DNA of 64,000 nt from Octopus sinensis (Eukaryota): NCBI RefSeq assembly GCF_006345805.1, contig NC_043005.1:82708001-82772000 (forward strand). The letters are read 5' to 3'. Shown one piece after another: positions 13,234 through 27,127 of the stretch. The notes below the pieces were generated by a model that worked only from the letters and a program-made list of their open reading frames with translations, did not search any database and was not told where the DNA came from. The position numbers and the translations under genes were made by a program. Numbering within the stretch: position 1 is the stretch's first letter; each line of letters begins with the position of its first letter.

Positions 13234-13444
13234 TTATATTTCGGGATTATCATTTTTTCTCTTTCATTTTTTTTTTGCCAAATAAACACACGCACCATAT
13301 GTTCGTCACAGATTTATGACGAAAGATTTCCAGACAATAGACATACGATAAAATAAGAAGAGTAAGAAACGAGTGAAGAATATATAATGCGTGTGTTTAT
13401 TTGACAAAACAAGAAAAGAGAAAAATGGCCATCTCGAAATATAA
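13234..13444. repeat. Imperfect inverted repeat, arms of about 75 bp and a spacer of about 63 bp (MITE/foldback-like)
   Basis: TTATATTTCGGGA..TTTGCCAAATAAACACACGCACCATATGTTCGTCAC (13234-13309) matches the reverse complement of 13373-13444. Confidence 0.8.
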
Positions 13445-14872
13445 CAATATTTATAAATCGTGTTGGAAAAAAATGAAGGACATTTAGTTTCTGTACTGTT
13501 ATTGAATTCTTCATTACAGATTGCATTACTACCGTTATTTTTTTTCTTTTTATTCCGAAACACAGCATGTTTCCCATTAATCGTCTCAAGTTAATCTCTT
13601 GTTTGTTTCACTCCACTTACTGTGGTAAAACTGTAACGTTTTCTGAGTTAGATGTAAGTATACATATCATGGAGTATATCTAGCCTTGAGTGGTAAATAG
13701 CCGAAATATTGTGTCACAAACCAATCTTTCTAAATGTTTTGCCACAGTAGGACATAATCCTGAGAGCTAGAATAAACAACTAACATTATTTTCTTTAGTT
13801 CGATTGCGATCGATCGCCACTCTACATATTCTTTATAAAGACTTGAGCGACTTAATCCCATGACTCCCTTTTGGGTATACATCATCGGCTTTACTCCGCT
13901 AGTCTCGTCTCTTGGGCAGTCCGGGTGGTCGGAGTGGAATTGGTCTAAGCGTTTCCGTTTGGTCTTAAAAACCAACACTTTTTCTAGGTCTGTTGGTTTC
14001 GAATAGACATTCATGTTTCTGTAACTTTGCTCTCCTCCAGGTAACAGTCTTGGCTCTTCACAAAGACAATTTACCTATGAGAACAGGTGGTCCACATTAA
14101 TCGGCCCGATATCTTTTCACCTGCCAAAATTGGGGGCTGTGCCAAGACCTTGTGCTCCACTGACATAGCTTTCACCTTCATTGATACACACAAGCCACTT
14201 CGCTACAACAACGACTGGGTCTTGTGGTGATATTTATAAGGAACTTAAATCATGTTTATATGAATGATGATCCGATCCAACTATTAGTATATTATCTCAC
14301 TTTATTACGAACGCTTTACTTTGGTCAAATGTCACGTAATAATTGGAAAAATTTCTAAAAGATTGATTTTTTTAAAGTAGAAATGTGAGGAAGCTAAGTT
14401 TTTGTTTTGAAATTAAACTCAGAACCACCTCACATTTTCGCTTGGCTCCGCTGTTTATGAGATGTGAACCCATGTTGTAATTATTGTCTTTGGCGTGATA
14501 TGTCCGTGTATCTGGTGGCATTCGATCTCATTATAAATCTACATAACATTAGCTGCGTTTAACACAGCAAAAACAAGTTAATTGCATCTTTAAAATATAG
14601 ATATTTGAGTATGTACAAGTCATTAGTATAGATCGCTAATCCGTAATAGTTGGTAAAGCTAGGTTAATGACCAGTGTCAAGTGTGAAGAAGCAAAATCTA
14701 CTACGAAGCAGGTGGACACACTCAATACACTCAATACACCAGCCTAATTTTCTTGGTTTCTTATAGACATTAATATCGACTTTTGGAAGTTAAGTATTTA
14801 TCTGAGAAACATGACAAATGAAGTATCTATCGATCTATCTATCTACACTACATATATATGTGTGCATGTATG

Positions 14873-14910
<38 letters not shown>

Positions 14911-15032
14911 GGCAGAGATAGAGACATACAGAAAACAGTGAAGGAGGGAGGAGGAGAAAAAGGTAATTAGAGAAGAACGGAGGAAGAAAATAGTATAGAA
15001 TAGAGAGTGGCATCAAAAGGTGAAGATAAACT

Positions 15033-15102
15033 TACTTGGAAATGGATGCGTCCCGTTCAATTAAACAAGTAATAATAAACGGTATATAATATAATATAAT
15101 AA

Positions 15103-15140
<38 letters not shown>

Positions 15141-15349
15141 GCACACACACACACACACACATGCATATATGCGTACAGGACGGCACCAACGGTACAAATA
15201 ACATGAAATATGTAAACAAACGATGGAAAAACGAATGAAATACGTAAGCGAGAAAAAATTGAAAAGAGGACAAGTTAATACAGAGGAAGGACCCTTCATC
15301 AGTTGTTGCCTTATCATTTAATTGAACGGGATGCATCCATTTCCAAGTA
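15033..15349. mobile_element. 317-bp element bounded by 33-bp inverted repeats (1 mismatch) with TA at both ends
   Basis: TACTTGGAAATGGATGCGTCCCGTTCAATTAAA (15033-15065) versus TTTAATTGAACGGGATGCATCCATTTCCAAGTA (15317-15349). The interior (- strand) is related to the repeats at 46825-47060 and 56225-56340. Confidence 0.7.
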
Positions 15350-15629
15350 TGTGTGTGTGTATTTATGTATATATTTATCTATCAATCTATCTATATACAC
15401 ACCCACCCACATATACTAGCTTATATATGTATCTAGTCATGTTATTAAAATATGAATACAAGTACATATTAACCTGTTCATTTTAACAAAAAGATCACAG
15501 ATGCTTCTTTATTATAATTCAAGATGTTCTAACAGTCACCATTACGCAAATTATGTTTTTTTGGGTGGGGGGGATGAGGCCAACATTGTGAGAATTTGGA
15601 GCTAGTCGATACCTTTCACATCACAACTT

Positions 15630-15929
15630 TACTGAAATGATGACGGATAGAGGTGAGCTCAAAAAGATTTGAACACAGAACGTACAGACGGAACAAATAA
15701 CGCAAAATATTTTTTCCGACTCCATAATGATTCCACCTCCTCACAGCCCTCGCTTTGCAAATATTGTTTTCATATCTTGTCACAATACTTAAATGGTGCT
15801 ATTTGCATGGAGTCCGAAAGGATGAAACCAAAGTCGACCTCGGTGGAATTTGAACTCAGAATGTAAAGACGGACAAAACGCCTTTAAACATTTTTCCCGA
15901 CGTGCTAACTCTTCCGCCAGCTCACCACC
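15630..15929 (-). mobile_element. Two tandem partial copies of SINE family B (Meta-domain type)
   Basis: Minus strand GGTGGTGAGCTGGCGGAAGAGTTAGCACG..TGAGTTCAAATTCCACCGAGGTCGACTTTGGTTTCATCCTTTCGG (15810-15929). An older copy lies at 15630-15748. Confidence 0.75.
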
Positions 15930-16485
15930 CTCGCTTCTGCAAACATTACTCGGTGATATATGGATTCAACGCCAGCAGGTGATGTAGATCATTGCAATTA
16001 CTCTTTAAAATGTCATGCACTTGCGTTAAACAGAACCGTCAAGAATATTATTGATTAGCAATTCCTCAGTTTCATTGATAAGATAGGCAATTATGACTCA
16101 TGTTCATACTGCTCACTGAAGCAGGTTAGATTCTTTCATAGACATAATATGATCAATAGCTGTACAACTTTAATGTAACTGACGCCATTTGTAATTATGT
16201 TAACTTGATTAAAGTTTAATGATGGAAATTCTCTGCAGTAATAATATTTCATATAAACTTAGAGGAATACTGAAATTACAGAAATGGTACAGGGCCATGC
16301 TAAAGTATCAGCCATTAATTAGTTTCAGCTTATACGTTTTCATTTGAAGCTCTAATGTTGTTAAGAATGGTGTTCCTCTCTTCCAGAAAACATTAGGGAC
16401 GACATCAATTCACTAATTCTTTTATTTGGACAACTTTTACAAATGAATTTTTTCGTTTCTTTCCTTTCTCCCAGTATGCTTATAT

Positions 16486-16562
<77 letters not shown>

Positions 16563-16588
16563 GCATATATATATTATATATATATGCG

Positions 16589-16622
<34 letters not shown>

Positions 16623-17087
16623 ACATACATACGTGCGTACATACATATAATACATATATGTGTATATATACATGCATATACACACACATCAATAATTACG
16701 ATGAACATAAGTTTCAATTATTAGTTCCTTTGGCTGTTTGTAGCCCTGCAATACATGTTCCAACTGCATTTGAATGCGTAACCGGAACGGATCACCATGT
16801 ATGTATATACTTACTGAGAACTATATACATACATGCATAAATACAAATATATATATATATATACAAATATTTATACATATTTGTGTGTGTTTTTGTGCGT
16901 GCGTGATCGTGTGTGAGTGTGTGCGTGCGTGTGTTTGTGTGTGTGTAGGTGTGTATGAGAGAGAGAGACAGTGAGTGAGTGAGTGAGTGTGTGAGCGAGT
17001 GAATGAGTGAGTGAGTGAGTGAGTGAGTGAGTGAGTGAGTGAATCCTTATTGGAACAAAGAAAAAATCGGATCGCTCGCCCACATCA

Positions 17088-17133
17088 GAGATTCTGATGA
17101 TGCTGTGCAAATCGAAACTTCGGAGTCACCGTC
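17088..17133 (+). ncRNA. Degenerate hammerhead-like motif
   Basis: CUGAUGA (17094-17100), 13 nt, GAAAC (17114-17118), UUCGGA, GUC (17125-17127). Near-palindromic stem III ACUUCGGAGU. Stems I and II pair poorly. Confidence 0.4.
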
Positions 17134-18083
17134 ACTTTTCCATCAGTCTATCTTGTAAGTATAAATAAACGCAAATCAAAGAACTCAGGCTGAAATGATA
17201 GCAGTGCAGCTTGGAGATCATTCAGCAAAATTCGAACAAAATATTATTGCAAAACAAACTGTCTGTTATCGGCAACAAAGATAACATTTTTTAAAATGTC
17301 TGTTCTTAATTATTTAATTTATCCTATTAACAATGCGTCTTATCATATTATACTTATTTTAATCATATTAGTACACAATCTATCAGGAATGAATTTTAAA
17401 GAATGTACTTTTCGAGTGTGTCTCTTAGGAATTGGTAGTTTTCCTCTGTGTCCAGGTCAGATATGTCAACTGAGATACTAGAGAAGCAAGATCATGAAAG
17501 AAATTCTAAAATATGTTAATATTGTTATTGTGGTAATTTATAGAAGAACGACGAATTTCAGAGTTGTATAAGGAAGGACTTTTCAGACATACAAGTATTA
17601 AACGATTAAAGACATATTCAATTAAATTTCAGCTATTTTCAGTATTAGGTTACAGTTTTAAATTTAATGAACATAACATAGAATTTTAATTACGTGGACA
17701 CTAAATGCAAGAATAATGATAAGATCTTCTACAGCACCTCACCTCATCTCTCGTCTCTCGTCTAGTCGTAAGTATAGGTCTCAGAAAGTTTTAAGTTTCA
17801 TCCAACCACCAGCACTACCACCACCATTTCTCTCTTACTGTTAAGACAAATGTAGGTAGACGATTTTTGCACTTAGATATCCACTTGCTTAGAATCCATA
17901 GATACAATAAAATCTTCAACAATCACACAATAAAATTACCCTTTCTTGTCCTCCAAATGTTAAGTCGTATATCAAAAATCAACGGATGTCTCAAACTTGA
18001 CCTGCATGCGATATATTTTCCGTTGATTTTGAAGCACAGGTTTCAGCAAACTACGATAATTGTCGTAGCGATATCAAACGTAT

Positions 18084-18400
18084 ATCGAGGAAGGAAAGTT
18101 TAATTCTAGATATAACAAGCATCTTTCGAATTTTAGGTACCATGATAAGAGACGTTCCACAGCCCTCTCTACTTTAATCTGGAAACTTAAAGACGAAGGG
18201 ACTAATTCCAATATCAAATAGAAAATCCTCTCTAAATCTCGACCCTAAATTAACGGGTCTAAAAAATTGTTCAGTGTTCCCTTGAAAAGCTGTATCAAAA
18301 AACTTAAGAACATCCAACGAATACAGAAATTCGAGGACCGAGGTATTTTCTGTACGTCCGCATTTCAAGAAACACATCTTGTCGGAATTTTCAAGTAGAC
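18084..18400 (+). mobile_element. Penelope-like element, GIY-YIG endonuclease C-terminal remnant
   Basis: EEGKFNSRYNKHLSNFRYHDKRRSTALSTLIWKLKDEGTNSNIK*KILSKSRP*INGSKK..CSLEK..NSRTEVFSVRPHFKKHIL matches the PLE pattern FKxRYxxHxxxF...STxLSxxIWxLK..IKWKI...CxLCxxEK..NxRxE...CxH. Confidence 0.85.
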
Positions 18401-18607
18401 CACTGGACAATTAGTAAATGATTAACGTCTGGTTTACGTCTGCTTGTCTTCGAAGTAGCGCATCGTTCGTCATCTCCCTTGTGGTTTTCGTTTTGTCTTC
18501 TTTACAAGCGTCTCTTGTTTAAACATTATCTTCTCGAAAGACAACTGACAAACTCTCTTGTGTGTGTGTGTGTGTGTGTTGTGTGTGTGTGTGTGTGTTG
18601 TGTGTGT

Positions 18608-18654
<47 letters not shown>

Positions 18655-19466
18655 GTGTGTGTGTGCAGATATTTGATTTCCTACTTGTATTTGGTCTTCC
18701 ACCACCGCTTCATCGCACAACGAAATAAGTACTAAGTCTAATAACTCGAACAAATAAAAAAAACTAGACGTTTTTCAAACCCCCTCTAAAAACGGAGATA
18801 GATAAAAAAAAAATTAACAAATAAATAAATAAACATAAGTAAATACTGGGATATAGATTAAGTGATACACATTCAGATAGACTGCCAAACAGTTACTCAA
18901 AAGTTTAAGGAACAGTAAGTGAATTTTTCAAAATAATCGTCTTCGTATTTTAGCTGACAAGGTTGCTCTAACAAGGAAAACTTGCTGAAAACCAACTCAT
19001 TCTACTCAGATTAATTTTCAACTTCATTATACGAACACGCAAAAACTTTATGCGAAACCAATCTGATGAGAAATAGTCACTACAAAGTTTCATCCACCAC
19101 ATATACAGATGCACCTTAATCGGATATAACGTTAAGAATTTCATAATACGCACTAATACACTTGCAGTGCGTCAGTAATGTACTTATATCTACAGTCCAC
19201 TTCATATTTTTTAACGTTCCATTACTGTTACAAGAGGGACACCTCTGAGACCACTATTCTAATACCCTTGACGTATCTGTCTGGCAATTTATCTATGTCC
19301 CAGTATGTGCATCCGCATAGCAAAATCAATCTATTTTTGAAGAGTGAATTTCAAAATAAGACGGTAAATTAAAATTTTTTGTTGTGTTGATAAAATTTTA
19401 AATTCTATTTAATATTGGAAATAGTTCAAAATTTAGAGAAAATAAATATTTAAGTATGTAATGCTA

Positions 19467-19497
<31 letters not shown>

Positions 19498-19553
19498 GCA
19501 TATATATAAATATATACACACACCACACACTCACACACACTCACACACACACA

Positions 19554-19598
<45 letters not shown>

Positions 19599-20122
19599 GT
19601 ACATATATATATATATAAAGCAAAGATCTTTTGCCAACATGATGTGGCAGTCCGGTTGTGATGAATGTTGCTGCTGTTTTAGCCCCACGAAACATAGTTT
19701 CCAGCTGGCAATACGACAAACATCTGTATCCATATATTTTCGAAAATATAAGCCCGCGCGCACACACACACGTACTTGCATATATATATATCACGTTCAA
19801 GTACGTTTGAGTGTGTGAAGATCTTTCGGCGCGGAATAGTCAGGACAGAACATTCTCTTCTTAGACGACACATATATGTGTCTGTGTGTAAGTATTACGG
19901 TGACGTAAACCCACCAACAGCGGTCGTCGAGGTGTGATGAGGAAAATACAGACACAAAGACACAAACACATAGATATCCATAATCACACACACACTCACA
20001 CACACTCACACGCACTCACACACACACACACACATACACACACACACATACACAAACACACACACACACCACACACACACACACCACAACACACACACAC
20101 AACACACACACACATATATATA

Positions 20123-20161
<39 letters not shown>

Positions 20162-20395
20162 TTCGAATGGAAAGAGGTTACTCTTCCACAGGGATGGATT
20201 TTATCGAAGCGTACACCTCTTTAGCTCCATATCGATTAATCTACTTGGAATTCCTTAATTTGTGCTAGTATTAGCGTTAACACTTATGAAGTACCAGTAG
20301 TCGTTATAGATGTTTGCATGCATTCGATATAGGAGAACAGAATTTTAATAATATAATATAAGGAAAACGGAGAGTTTGATCACAGAAAAAAATCA

Positions 20396-20427
<32 letters not shown>

Positions 20428-20429
<2 letters not shown>

Positions 20430-20836
20430 TCTTTTTACTCTCTTACTTGTTTCAGTCATTTGACTGCGGCCATGCTGGAGCACCGCCTTTAGTCGAGCAA
20501 ATCGACCCCAGGACTTATTCTTTGTAAGTCTGGTACTTATTCTATCGGTCTCTTTTGCCGAACCGCTAAGTTACAGGGACATAAACACACGAGCATCGGT
20601 TGTCAAGCGATGTTGGGGGGAGGGGAACACAGCCAGACAAACACACACATACATATATATACATATACATATATACGGCGGGCTTCTTTCAGGTTCCGTC
20701 TACCAAATCCACTCACAAGGCTTTGGTCGGCCCGAGGCTATAGTAGAAGACACTTGCCCAAGGTGCCAGGCAGTGGGAGTGAACCCGGAACCATGTGGTT
20801 GGTAAGCAAGCTACTTATCACACAGCCACTCCTGCG

Positions 20837-20839
<3 letters not shown>
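20428..20839 (-). mobile_element. SINE family A, full length (about 410 bp) in (TA)n
   Basis: tRNA-like head, internal (TA)(TG) microsatellite, 3' GGCGGTGCTCCAGCATGGCCGCAGTCAAATGACTGAAACAAGTAAGAG tail. Confidence 0.92.
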
Positions 20840-20911
<72 letters not shown>

Positions 20912-21658
20912 GTTAATTTCGTAACACCTAATTATGTTTCAATTTCTTACCTTCATCCGTAACAACACACAAACACATTCTGCTATTTCAGTTGGTAAGC
21001 AACACGCCATCCATTAGGATGCGAATAAATCGTTATCAATGTTTGCCCTGAAGAGATTTTTTACATTTTAAATCGCAAAATACCAATGAAGATAAGAAAT
21101 TTAAACGTACGTAGACGATATGAAATTGACTATTATATACATAAATCGATTTTTCCTATGTTCAAACTCTCCATTTTCATTTTATCATATATATATATAT
21201 ATATATATATACGATGGGCTTCTCTCAATTCTCACTCAAATGTCGTCGGTCGGCCCAAGAGGTCAAGCAGTGAGGCTAAACCAGGACGCATCTGGTTGGG
21301 ATGCAAGTTTCTTACTAATTAGCCGCTGTTGCACTCACGGTAAGTCAGTTTATTTTTTAAAAGTCCGAAAAAAAGGCACACTCTAATCTTTCTTTAGTTT
21401 TTGTGAAGTAGTATTTTATGTAATCGTTAGGTATAGCCGGTCAGAACGTAACCATTGGTTTGAATATAGGCGACTAATCAGACCTGCTGATCAATCACAA
21501 GCAAGCTCCGGCCGGTAGGCCTAACGTATCTCCTATATTGCTAAGAAGAGCAACAGACATAAAACCAGTGGTACCTTTCTCAGCGGCCATAATCAAGACT
21601 ACATAATACACACACACACAAAAGGACATATACATACATATATACATGCATACATATA

Positions 21659-21705
<47 letters not shown>

Positions 21706-21730
21706 GCGTATGTATATATTTATATATATA

Positions 21731-21822
<92 letters not shown>

Positions 21823-24301
21823 TTCAAATTCACACATGAAATAGTATATCATGCTTCTCCCGGTATCTAGATACATCATTACGAGGACACACAAATACAT
21901 TGACATCTGTACCTTAGTGTTCTACATAGACCAAACAGCATTGCTTAGATTTTATTATTTCCAAATAACATTCTGCATGTTTCTGTTCACGTCAGAATAT
22001 TGACAACTGTACCCCATGGATGTATGAGAGAGACACAACAATAGCATAAAAGTAAATGCATTTTTCAGTACACCATGTTTACTTATTATGATTTGGTTAT
22101 TAATTAGATTAATATTTTTCTAAATTCTATATTTATGAGCTTCTAATAATTTCTATGCTTTTATATATAGACTTTTTAATATAATGAATACAATTAATGC
22201 CTCGTAAAATTACAAGTAAATATTAATTACTTATTGTTTCAAACAAATTTTTATATATCACATATTTATTATTGCATGTAATTTCAGTTGTACTTTCTAT
22301 GCAGAAAATTGACATTCAAAAAAGTACGCACATGGGAATTTGCTCATCAAATAATATTTTGTTTTAATGTCATTTGTGAAAGTTTATGCTTTAATTTTTT
22401 TTTTACTACTTCCTATTATGACCAAGTGGGAAATGCATCAAACAGTAAGATCAATCCTACATTCTTTTAAATCATTGATTAAAAGCAATATTCATCAGTA
22501 TAATGCTAACTATTTAAATTTATCATTCTTCCTTCAGATCATCAGTGACCTATGTTTCATTATTGTAAAAACAATCATATGTAATGAAACAACAAAAGCA
22601 TTACATCAATCGTATTATTTCCTACAACTTTTCTTGAAAGTAAAGTGCATCAGACTTAGAAATCATGAGTAAATCGAAACATCATGAATGTCTCATTAAT
22701 TTATATAAGATCTAACAATCCATAGCTAAATATTGATAATTACACGCAGCTGGAGAAATAGGTATGATATCCGGATTTTCTGATATTTTTATAAAAATCT
22801 CTAAAGAAGATGCTACTTTAAACTTGGTTTCATTCAGTGTCAATCATTGTCTGATTCGTAGAGTAGGAGAGAATATATAGAACTCACTTATGTCGTATAT
22901 CAAAATATAAAAGGACTTTGCGTGCAAATGTCTTGAGGCTCAGCTATAGAAAATTTTACTGCCTACAATATCCAATCCTATGCGTTACACGCTTAGCTAT
23001 TCCATCAGTTTTATGACTCACGAAGTCAACATCTTGTAAGCCTAATTCTCCACATCGCAGTTTCTTAGTTATGCAAAAGGCTTTCTTCAGTCACTATGAC
23101 ATTACTATTGAGGATTTGCCTATATATCAAGAAGTTCACCTAGCGACAGCAATGACTTTATTTGTAGGAACGAAAATGACCAAATTTGTAAACGAAACAG
23201 ACCAAATTATTTGTAAACGAAAAAGACAAAATTTGCAATAGCAAATTAATGTAATACACGCAAAGAATGCTGTGAATATATTCAGGCTTAAAATCATTTT
23301 TAAAAGAAAACCTTGGTGGAAATGCTTCCTGGTCGGTTTAAATTCCTCACGAGATAAAGTATTTGTATTCATAATAGAAGAAAACAATAAAAGTTGATAG
23401 CCGAGCGACAGAATGAAGAGGGAATTAAAAGGGGATATTGAAATGAAACCTGTTTCAACTGAGGTACCATTACACTATGTGTAGGAAAATGTGCTATCTA
23501 TTTCCCCTTTCCTCAGTCGGTGTTTGGTAGAGTAATTTTACCGAAGTAACGCAAGTTCTAAGGAGAACTAAGCAAATATAAAATAAATAGTACGGCGTAG
23601 TGATATACCACTTCTTTTTCTAAACACTGTAGCAAATATTGCAAAATATAATCTTGGTCCCCAGTAACAAAATGAGAGATTCATAAACAATGTCTGCTAT
23701 ATCAATTATGTTTGTTCTAAACATAGTCTTCATTAATATCTGCTATATTAATTATGTCATTTTAATCAAATTAATTAACATGTAATTAATGTTACCATGT
23801 AATTAAAACACTGAACCTGTTTATATTTACATTAGAGCAATTAAAATTAATAAGCTTAATACAAAAGTGCGAAATTTCGGATAGTCGGTGAAAAGTATCC
23901 AGGAGTCTAAGAGGGCATTGGGATAAAACGGTAGAGAAAGTATGCGATGTGTAAGCTAGACAGGATAAGATTAAATCGATCGGGTGACAGATATGGAGAG
24001 GGGTATGAAGAGGGACAGACACAGAATGAATAGAGAGAAACATCGTGGCACACAAGTCTACCCAAGTATATGTAGATTTAGCTTAAATATATATATATAT
24101 ATATATATACGCTTACACACAACATTTTAGCATTCACACACACACTTGCGTACCCCAGTTCAGCTGGGTCATTATCTCCCTTTCATTCTGCATTTTCCTT
24201 CCGGTCATTTCAACATGTTGAACCGTTAAATCCCTCCATATTGTTTCTCTCTCCGTTTTTGTTTTCTTTCATTCTCTTCCGATTGTTTTTTCCTCTCAAC
24301 C

Positions 24302-24337
24302 CTTTCTGTCGAAGAACCTAGGCTCGAAACGACAAAG
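24302..24337 (+). ncRNA. Minimal hammerhead-like motif (A6U family), probably inactive
   Basis: CUUU-CUGUCGA-A-GAAC CUAG GCUC-GAAAC-GAC-AAAG. The cleavage triplet is mutated to GAC. Confidence 0.45.
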
Positions 24338-24442
24338 ACTTTTCCATGCTTCCCGCTTATTATTCCCTCACGTGTCTTCAGCCTTTCCTGTAAATTTGAA
24401 CTATATGTGTGTGCATGTTGTGTGTGTTTTATGTATATTATG

Positions 24443-24704
<262 letters not shown>

Positions 24705-24742
24705 CTTTCAGAAAGAATTCTGGAGATGTCGCAATATTTGCA

Positions 24743-25042
24743 GGTAGAATTTCTAAAATTTAAAATTTGTAAATTATCTTTAAAATTCTTAAAATTTCCA
24801 AGAAACCACAAATGTTTTGGAAAGCTGTTTTCATATAGAGTAAATGCTTTCACTCTTTACAGCCTTTGAAACACACTAAACTTCCTTTATGCAGATTATT
24901 GCTTAACGTGTTTTCTAAAGCTGTAAACAGCAAAAGCGTTTACAATATACGAAAACTTGTTTCAAAAAGATTTGCGTAATTCTGGTTTCTTTTCTTCAGA
25001 TTCTTATAGAACTAATAATTTTTAATTTAAGAAAATCTTTCC
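24743..25042. repeat. About 300-bp decayed palindromic (MITE-like) element
   Basis: CAAATGTTTTGGAAAGCTGTTTTCATATAGAGTAAATGCTTTCACTCTTTACAGCCTTTGAAACACACTAA pairs with the reverse complement of 24903-24975. The outer AT-rich arms also pair. Confidence 0.7.
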
Positions 25043-25396
25043 TTAAATATATATGTCTTTGCCTCTGTGTGTGTTTTCATTACGCACACTCACGCAAACA
25101 CTTGTTTGCGTCTCAATAATTTCTTTCATGTTGAATTCAATCGCATGCTGGATCTGATTGCATATATAATTCCATAATTTTGTTGTATTCGGCTTTCCTG
25201 TTTTCCCGAAGGTAGAAATACGTTTGATGTCTCTTTTCTAAATTCACATTCCACCATAACTATTTCGTATTTAAGTACAATGTTAAACTTTGCATTAATA
25301 GGCGCGACATTTCTTAATATGCAATCGCTTCAGCAGTAAATTTAACTGATTCCGAAATCGTGAATTTGTATCTTTTCAATTTAAACTTAGCTGGAA

Positions 25397-25422
25397 TTAA
25401 TTTCAATGTTTCACGCGTTATT

Positions 25423-25462
<40 letters not shown>

Positions 25463-25491
25463 CTCTAATAACGCGTGAAACTTGAAATTAA
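25397..25491. repeat. Palindrome centred on (TA)n
   Basis: TTAATTTCAATGTTTCACGCGTTATTAGA-(TA)n-TCTAATAACGCGTGAAACTTGAAATTAA. The arms are identical except for one indel. Confidence 0.9.
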
Positions 25492-27127
25492 TATATATAT
25501 ATATACATAAGACATATATATATATATATAATATATATATATATTATATATATAATACTACATAAGCATATTATACATAAGACATATATACATAAAACAT
25601 ATATAGCGCTACTCCCTATTGTGCAAACTTCGAAATATAGAGTAAACAGCTGCAGTGCAATTATCTTCGCTTCTTTTTGTAAAAAAATATTCATTGCTTT
25701 CAAAGTATTGGTGACAATCATATTCGTGAAATCGATTTGAAAGGTACGTATGACTATGTACTTGAGATCAACCGATGAGGAAATAAAACGAAAGGATATT
25801 TAAATTGTTAAATCTTAGACGTCTCAAAACAATAGAAACATTTTTGTATGGTTTTTAAATCTGTGTCCAGTTATATTTCAATGCAAGAAAAAATTTACCT
25901 ATATGTGTTGTATGGATATAGGAAAAATATCCTGAAGGTGAGTATTTTCCTTGTCTCTTCACATATGTTCATTTCAGATCACTTCTTCCGTTGTATGATG
26001 CCATCTATTTGTTTCAAACCGATAAAAGTTATAAAGCAGGATATGTATGCGTGTGTATGTTCGTATGTGTTTGTGTGTATGTGCATATGTGTACATATCA
26101 ATGTATACGTGTATGTATGTATGATGTATAAATATGCGTAGATACAAATAAATAATTGACGAAATGTGTATGTGTATATATTTATATGCATGTACGTAAG
26201 TGTGTGTTTGTGTGTGCGTGCTAAACCTTGTTTATATGTGAAAATATAAAAGAAAATTAACATTAACAGAATGGATTAATCAATAGTTTTTTCTAGAGTA
26301 TATTTCAGTTTTTACAGAGAAAAACCTGACAATGACACTGAAGTTGCGGCTTGCTTGCTGTCATCAGACTGTGCTTTACTTTCTTTCTTGCTGGTTTGAT
26401 ATAGTTTTTGACAGTTTATTTCTTTGGAAGACGTTGAAATGTGAATGAGAATTGGAGGTGCTGTAGATAGATAGGAAAAGTAGTTGTGAAAATAGTAGGG
26501 AACAGAGAAGGATATGAGGAAAGCACGTGGGATTTGGATTGAAAAAAATCCCATCGCAAAGAAAATAATTGTCGTTTAATAAATGAAATTTGTTATTGAT
26601 TAAGGGTTCACTCAGGCGTGAAAATAATCGAGTTAAGATATATGTCATATCAAGGTTTGAAGATTTTCGTATGAATGATATTTGTATATAAGTTTGCTTT
26701 TCTGTAAATTTTGGGTTCATAAATGAACGTTAATAGACAATGCTGTCTGATGCGCCATAGAGCATAGCTCAAATACGGGGTTAAGTTTGCGCTGGGGTTC
26801 GTAGTTTTGTATTATCGAATTTTAAACTAGGTTTTTCAGAAAAGATTGGATTACAATAATTATGTTGCAATGAAATATTCATTGGGGCTATTCTAATTTG
26901 TTGCGTGGCTCTTTATGATGTTATAAATATAGATACTCCATGTATATTATATACTCACGCATATACAGACACATACACACATGTATACTGACACATGTAC
27001 ACAGGCACAACTCATATATATGTATGTGTCTATGATTATGTGTACATATTTATAAAGATAGGTAGAGCGATATAAAGTTAGAGAGAGAGAAAGAAAGAAA
27101 GAAAAAAGGAAAGAAAGAAAGAAAGAC

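Noticed and set aside
20740-20839. tRNA-like sequences with A and B boxes
   Set aside because: They are SINE heads continuous with SINE bodies; no cloverleaf or acceptor stem was evident.
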